Source: a virus
Reading direction: 5' to 3' (one strand)
Length of the DNA stretch: 64,000 bases
Virus record (IMG/VR): IMGVR_UViG_3300027881_000010
Coordinates: 1 to 64,000 of that record
Notes under the pieces: model-generated
Seen by the model: only the letters and a program-made list of their open reading frames with translations
Databases searched by the model: none
Told to the model about the DNA's origin: nothing
In this document: positions 59,779 to 64,000 of the stretch, in pieces
Position numbering within the stretch: position 1 is the stretch's first letter
Layout: every line of letters starts with the position of its first letter
Program-made: the position numbers and the translations under genes

Positions 59779-62319
59779 ATGGCGCGTGAAGACGTTGGCT
59801 CTTTTGTCGAAGAGCTACCAGCAACATCCCCTAAAGTTCAACGGGCAAACGGTGCGCTGATCACCCAGCAGGGTGAAGAGACGATCGTCGATCTCGAGCC
59901 TACTGAGACCGCAGCGTTCGCCGCCCCAGAGATGGATCCGGACTGGCACGCGAATCTCGCTGACCAGTTATCCGGCACCGAACGCCACGCCATCGCCGAC
60001 CAGTTGCTCGAGTACGTCGTACTGGACAAGCAGGTCCGCGAACATCACTTCCGCCGCATCAAAGATGGCCTTGAGCTTCTCGGTCTCAAAGACCTTCCGG
60101 AATCTGACACTCCGTTCGACGGTGCTGCTACCGTCACGGACCCGCTCATTGGCGAGGCAGTCGTGCAGTTCCAGTCGCGAGCGATCGAGGAGCTTTTTCC
60201 TGCCGACGGCCCAGTGAAGTCAGCCATCCTGGGCGAGGTCGACGACGAGAAAGAGGAGCAAGCCCAGCGCCTCGAGGACTACATGAATTACCAGTTGACG
60301 GTCGAGGACCAGGGTTATTTCTGGGACGTCGATCAGATGCTGTTCTACCTGCCGATGTCGGGATCGGCGTTCAAGAAGATTTACATCGACCCGATCACCG
60401 AGATGACCACCGGGCGGTACGTTACCGCGGAAGACTTCATCGTCCCGTACTACTGCAAAGACCTGCAGTCAGCGACCAGGTACGCGCATGAGTACACGAT
60501 GGAGGGCAACAACATCAAGCGGGCCCAGGTCGACGGGCAGTTCCTGGAAGATGCCTACCTGATCCCGAGCCCGCAGATTCAGTCAGACAAGAACGTAAGC
60601 TTCACCGACGAGAGCATGGAGGATGTCGCCGACGATCGCGTGCCGGTAGTGCATGAGGACGACGAGGTCTACAAGCTCTACGAGTACCACATCGACTACG
60701 AGATGCCGTTCGATGATCCGGAGATCACCGAAGAGATCGACATTGCGCCACCGTACATCGTCACCATCGAGGAGGAGAGTCGTGAGGTCCTGTCAGTCCG
60801 GCGCAACTGGAAGAAAGGCGACGCGAAGTACCGCAAGCGCGTCTGGTTCGCGCATTACAAGTTCCTGCCAGGCCTCGGCTTCTACGGCTTTGGCTATCTG
60901 CACATCATCGGAGCATTGGCTAAGGCTGCTTCTGGAAGCCTGCGCGCTATCCTCGACACCGCTGCTCTCAGTAACCTGCCCGGCGGATTCAAGAGCAAGA
61001 AGGCCAAGGTAAGCGGCGAGTACCGCTTCACGCTGGGTGAGTTCCGTGACATCGACATGTCACCTGAGGACCTGCAGCAGGCCTTCCTGCCGCTGCCGGT
61101 CAAGGAGCCAAGCCCAGCCCTGGCCACCACCTACGAGAACCTGATCAAGCGCGGCAAGGAATTCATGGGTACCACCGAGGTCATCACGGGTGGTGCCGAT
61201 AACCGCGGGCCCGTCGGCACCACACTGGCGCTGATCGAGCAGTCCGGCAAGCCACAGTCAGCCATCCACAAGCGCCTGCACAAGGCGATGCGCGAAGAGC
61301 TTTCGCTGATGGCGCAGTTGAATTACGAGCTCATGGATCGGGCTGAGTACCCGTACGAGCTTGGCGGCGAGAGCAAGGTAGTGCTGAAGCAGGACTTCGA
61401 TGGCCGCGTCGATGTCATTCCGGTATCGGATCCGAACATTTTCTCGAGCGTGCAGCGTATCGCCCAGTCGCAAGGCATCCTCGAGCTTGTCGAGTCGGCA
61501 CCGGACCTGTACGGCGAGAAGGGCCGCAAGGAAGCGCACCGCCGCATGCTGGCAGCGCTCAAGACACCAGAGATCGACAAGCTGCTGCCGGAGGATCAGG
61601 CACCGAAGAACCTGGACCCGGTCAGCGAGAACCAGATGATGGCCACCGGGTTGCCGGTGCAGGTGCGGACAACGCAGGACGATACGGCTCACATGGCGGT
61701 ACACCAGCAGTTCGCCGAGATGATGGCGATCGGTGATCCAGAGCTCTGGAAGCAGGTCGAGCCGGTGTTCATGTCGCACAAGATGGAGCACCTGGTCAGC
61801 CAGTACCGCAAAGAGGTCGAGCAGATGCTGGGCATGGAACTGCCGCCGTTCGATCTGTATGACGAGGCCGAGACCGAGGACCTGCCACCCGAGATCGAGC
61901 AGATGCTCAGCCAGGCCATCGCTGCCAAGCAGCGGCAACAGAAGCAGCAGGAGGACGCCGAGCGAGGCGGCCCACCGCTCTCGCCTGAAGAGGCCGAGGC
62001 CAAGGCTGTCGAGGACGCCAAGGACGCTGAGACCATCCAGAAGCTCGAGCGCATGAAGGCCGAGCACCAGGAGAAGCAGCGCCAGGCGGCCGACAAGCAT
62101 CGTCAGGAGATGGTGCAGAAACAGGAGGCATTCACCGCCGAGGAGACACGCAAAGACGACGAGAACAAGGCCGACATCGAGCGCGAGGAGAGACTCGCCG
62201 CGGCTAAACGCAGAGCGTTAGTGCAGGCGCCGTCCAGCAGGTCACGAAAGGCAGAGACCGAGACCAACAGGCCGCCGGCTAAGAAGAAGACCGATGGCCA
62301 AAGCGCCAACGCCAGCTGA
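59779..62319 (+). CDS. portal protein
   Basis: 846 aa from MAREDVGSF (GGAGGG 9 nt upstream). Lies downstream of terL and upstream of a scaffold-like gene. Long charged E/K/Q/R C-terminal tail. The call rests on position and size. Confidence 0.65.
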   Translation: MAREDVGSFVEELPATSPKVQRANGALITQQGEETIVDLEPTETAAFAAPEMDPDWHANLADQLSGTERHAIADQLLEYVVLDKQVREHHFRRIKDGLELLGLKDLPESDTPFDGAATVTDPLIGEAVVQFQSRAIEELFPADGPVKSAILGEVDDEKEEQAQRLEDYMNYQLTVEDQGYFWDVDQMLFYLPMSGSAFKKIYIDPITEMTTGRYVTAEDFIVPYYCKDLQSATRYAHEYTMEGNNIKRAQVDGQFLEDAYLIPSPQIQSDKNVSFTDESMEDVADDRVPVVHEDDEVYKLYEYHIDYEMPFDDPEITEEIDIAPPYIVTIEEESREVLSVRRNWKKGDAKYRKRVWFAHYKFLPGLGFYGFGYLHIIGALAKAASGSLRAILDTAALSNLPGGFKSKKAKVSGEYRFTLGEFRDIDMSPEDLQQAFLPLPVKEPSPALATTYENLIKRGKEFMGTTEVITGGADNRGPVGTTLALIEQSGKPQSAIHKRLHKAMREELSLMAQLNYELMDRAEYPYELGGESKVVLKQDFDGRVDVIPVSDPNIFSSVQRIAQSQGILELVESAPDLYGEKGRKEAHRRMLAALKTPEIDKLLPEDQAPKNLDPVSENQMMATGLPVQVRTTQDDTAHMAVHQQFAEMMAIGDPELWKQVEPVFMSHKMEHLVSQYRKEVEQMLGMELPPFDLYDEAETEDLPPEIEQMLSQAIAAKQRQQKQQEDAERGGPPLSPEEAEAKAVEDAKDAETIQKLERMKAEHQEKQRQAADKHRQEMVQKQEAFTAEETRKDDENKADIEREERLAAAKRRALVQAPSSRSRKAETETNRPPAKKKTDGQSANAS

Positions 62320-62515
62320 GATCAGAGCGGCGAGGGCATTCCTGCAGCGAAGAGGAGTGCGACCACCGCTACAACCTCGGCCATTTGCCGCGGCAGCGAA
62401 GGAATTGAACATTGGATTTCGTGAACTCCTGGCCTACATCCGGCGAATGTATGCCGGCGGCCAGGGACAGCAGCAGGCGATCCACGAGTTGCTGCAGCGA
62501 GAGGTTTCGAAATAA
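62294..62515 (+). CDS. hypothetical small protein
   Basis: 73 aa. Overlaps the portal 3' end by 26 nt. Weak SD. Confidence 0.4.
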   Translation: MAKAPTPAEIRAARAFLQRRGVRPPLQPRPFAAAAKELNIGFRELLAYIRRMYAGGQGQQQAIHELLQREVSK

Positions 62516-62568
62516 CGGTAAGTGCTGAGCCGGTAAAGATCAGCGCGTAAGTCTGGAGGTGATCAGTC

Positions 62569-62736
62569 ATGACTGATTACACGAAGTATCCCAAGCCAAG
62601 CCCAGATATGGATGCTGGCCGGTCAGCCACGAAAGTGGGCGAAGCAATGACCGGTAGCGGGCAGGACACTGCTGACGGCACCATGGGCAACCAGAAGACT
62701 GGTGATGGCATGGAGAACGAGAAAGGTGCGAAGTGA
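62569..62736 (+). CDS. 55-aa Gly/Thr/Asp-rich ORF not in the supplied track
   Basis: GGAGGTGA lies 6 nt upstream. MTDYTKYPKPSPDMDAG..TMGNQKTGDGMENEKGAK. Confidence 0.45.
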   Translation: MTDYTKYPKPSPDMDAGRSATKVGEAMTGSGQDTADGTMGNQKTGDGMENEKGAK

Positions 62737-62948
62737 AGGCTGCAGGTAGGCCGGACAAAAAACCGTCCACAAGCACCGACATCCAAGGAGGGGGCGAGTC
62801 TGGCGAGGAGAAGTCGAAGCTTCATCACGCTAAACCGAGCATGGCTCGCAACACGATGGGACTGGGAGCGAAGTCATCCAATGACGGCGCGGTCGGTGCC
62901 ATGGGGAAAAACCAACAGACCGGTGACGGCGGCGCATCCAACGGGTAA
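62733..62948 (+). CDS. small Gly-rich protein, apparent paralog of the previous ORF
   Basis: GTGA-coupled GTG start. ..AMGKNQQTGDGGASNG echoes ..TMGNQKTGDGMENEKG. Confidence 0.4.
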   Translation: MKAAGRPDKKPSTSTDIQGGGESGEEKSKLHHAKPSMARNTMGLGAKSSNDGAVGAMGKNQQTGDGGASNG

Positions 62949-62981
62949 CCGCCACCGCCCCGGTCACGAGGGCTATATGCA

Positions 62982-63179
62982 TTGAACAAACGGCAAATTC
63001 TGAATCGCATCGATGAGAAAGTCTCAGATGCCCACGACGCCATGGACACCGGGTTGCCGGAGGAAAAGTACAACCGCAAGGTTGGCGAAGTCTCCGCGCT
63101 CAAGGACCTACGTGAGTTTGTCGTGGAACTCTCGGACGACGATGTCGACGACGATGAACTGGAGGAACTACCGACATGA
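62982..63179 (+). CDS. small acidic protein
   Basis: TTG start. 65 aa. C-terminal DDDVDDDELEELPT. Confidence 0.4.
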   Translation: MNKRQILNRIDEKVSDAHDAMDTGLPEEKYNRKVGEVSALKDLREFVVELSDDDVDDDELEELPT

Positions 63180-63694
63180 GTGAAACCGCTGAGCAAGTCG
63201 TTGACCTGGTCGTTGCATCAGACACGAAAGCTAAGGCAGCTAATGCCAAATACAATGAAATCGAGGACTGGTGCGCAGAACAGAGACGCTGGCAAGTTCG
63301 GCTGTGGAATTTCCTGAGACCGTGGCGCAAGTCACGAGCGCCGCACGTACCGTTCAGACCGCTGTACTGGCGATGCCTTGTCATGATTCGCGAACCAGAG
63401 GAGACCACCGAGTGGGGGTTTCAACTGATGCGCGAAAGCAGAGACATCGAATCGTATCTAACGTACGCGGGCATGGTAGTTGCGGTAGGAAGACTGGCCT
63501 ACAAGGCGAAGACTCGAGCAGGGCTTAAGCTCAGCCGCGAGGACAACCCGAAGCTGGGCGACAAGGTAGTGTTCTACAAGAACGCCGGCACTCGTTTTCG
63601 AACGATTGACGGCCTGCAGTTCGTACTCATCACCGACACCGAAATGTGGGGCGAGACAGATCAGCCGGAGAGACTCGATACGTTAGCGATTTAA
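63176..63694 (+). CDS. GroES/Cpn10-like co-chaperonin with a ~50-aa N-terminal extension
   Basis: FRPLYWRCLVMIREPEETTEWGFQL....GMVVAVG.....KLGDKVVFYKNAGTRFRTIDGLQFVLITDTEM aligns by eye to GroES IRPLHDRVIVKR.E.E..SAGGIVL...GEVLAVG....VKVGDIVIF....G.....D.EEVLIMSESDI. Confidence 0.55.
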   Translation: MSETAEQVVDLVVASDTKAKAANAKYNEIEDWCAEQRRWQVRLWNFLRPWRKSRAPHVPFRPLYWRCLVMIREPEETTEWGFQLMRESRDIESYLTYAGMVVAVGRLAYKAKTRAGLKLSREDNPKLGDKVVFYKNAGTRFRTIDGLQFVLITDTEMWGETDQPERLDTLAI

Positions 63695-63754
63695 TCATCG
63701 TGACAACGTGCGCGTGACTCTGTAAGTTTCATGCACAGGCCGCTGGAGGGCAGC

Positions 63755-64000
63755 ATGCCTAAGAAACAATTCGACTACGAGTTCGAAGATATCCGCCGTG
63801 AAGACACGCCGGTATCTGCCGCTGGGTTTGGGGACATTGTCGAGGACCCTGAGAACCCAGGCGAGGCTTTTGTCGAGGTCGACCTTGATGAGGAAGATCT
63901 TGCTAAAGCTGTGAGCGCCGCCGATAACGATGCTGACGCAACGTCCGCAGGCGATCGGGACGGTGGCTCGAAAGGAAAGCGACGCGAAGCACTGGACCGT
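63755..64000 (+). CDS. scaffolding-protein candidate (3' end outside the window)
   Basis: GGAGGG lies 4 nt upstream. Very acidic N-terminus MPKKQFDYEFEDIRREDTP..EVDLDEEDL. Position after the portal. Confidence 0.4.
   Translation, partial: MPKKQFDYEFEDIRREDTPVSAAGFGDIVEDPENPGEAFVEVDLDEEDLAKAVSAADNDADATSAGDRDGGSKGKRREALDR

Noticed and set aside
1-64000. Prophage/integration signals (integrase, att repeats, repressor) and flanking host genes.
   Set aside because: None recognised. Every block is phage-like up to both window edges, so I cannot say whether this is a free phage genome or a prophage.

Overview
The whole 64-kb window reads as tailed-phage DNA. I recognise no cellular housekeeping genes, tRNA, rRNA, CRISPR array, integrase or repressor. 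It is moderately GC-rich with GC3-rich codons. There are five transcription blocks. (1) 1-33269 (+) is the late/structural block: three paralogous beta-propeller-repeat fibre-like proteins, an adaptor-like protein, a LamG-domain protein, a tail fibre, an 880-aa tail protein and internal-virion-type proteins ending in one 4,522-aa polyvalent ORF, followed by a lysis cassette. (2) 33208-40599 (-) carries a DnaQ-like exonuclease, SSB, a YqaJ-like exonuclease and RecT. (3) 40739-44885 (+) carries DUF1376-like and lambda-P-like replication proteins, a C5 cytosine methyltransferase, a Ref-like HNH protein and RusA. (4) 45001-49382 (-) holds 15 small, translationally coupled ORFs of unknown function. 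(5) 49472-64000 (+) carries TerS, about 6 kb of small membrane, secreted and basic ORFs, a PAPS-reductase-like protein, an FN3 protein, TerL, a GNAT-like ORF, peptide deformylase, portal, a GroES-like protein and the start of a scaffold-like gene. The gene order is podovirus-like (portal-scaffold ... adaptor-nozzle-internal proteins), with no tape measure, sheath or tube genes. The capsid gene must lie outside the window. The most unusual locus is the methyltransferase. Two ORFs of about 1.5 kb in different frames start 4 nt apart behind one Shine-Dalgarno sequence, both stay open, and both carry recognisable protein motifs. This suggests dual coding or double frameshifting. Other items worth follow-up are the giant multi-effector virion protein, a recurrent TGAGGGTAACA motif at block boundaries, a conserved GNAT-like ORF with no canonical start codon, and metabolic or chaperone-type genes (def, PAPS-reductase-like, GroES-like) embedded in the packaging/head module. 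All functional names come from motif recognition by eye and from memory of protein families. No database search was run.
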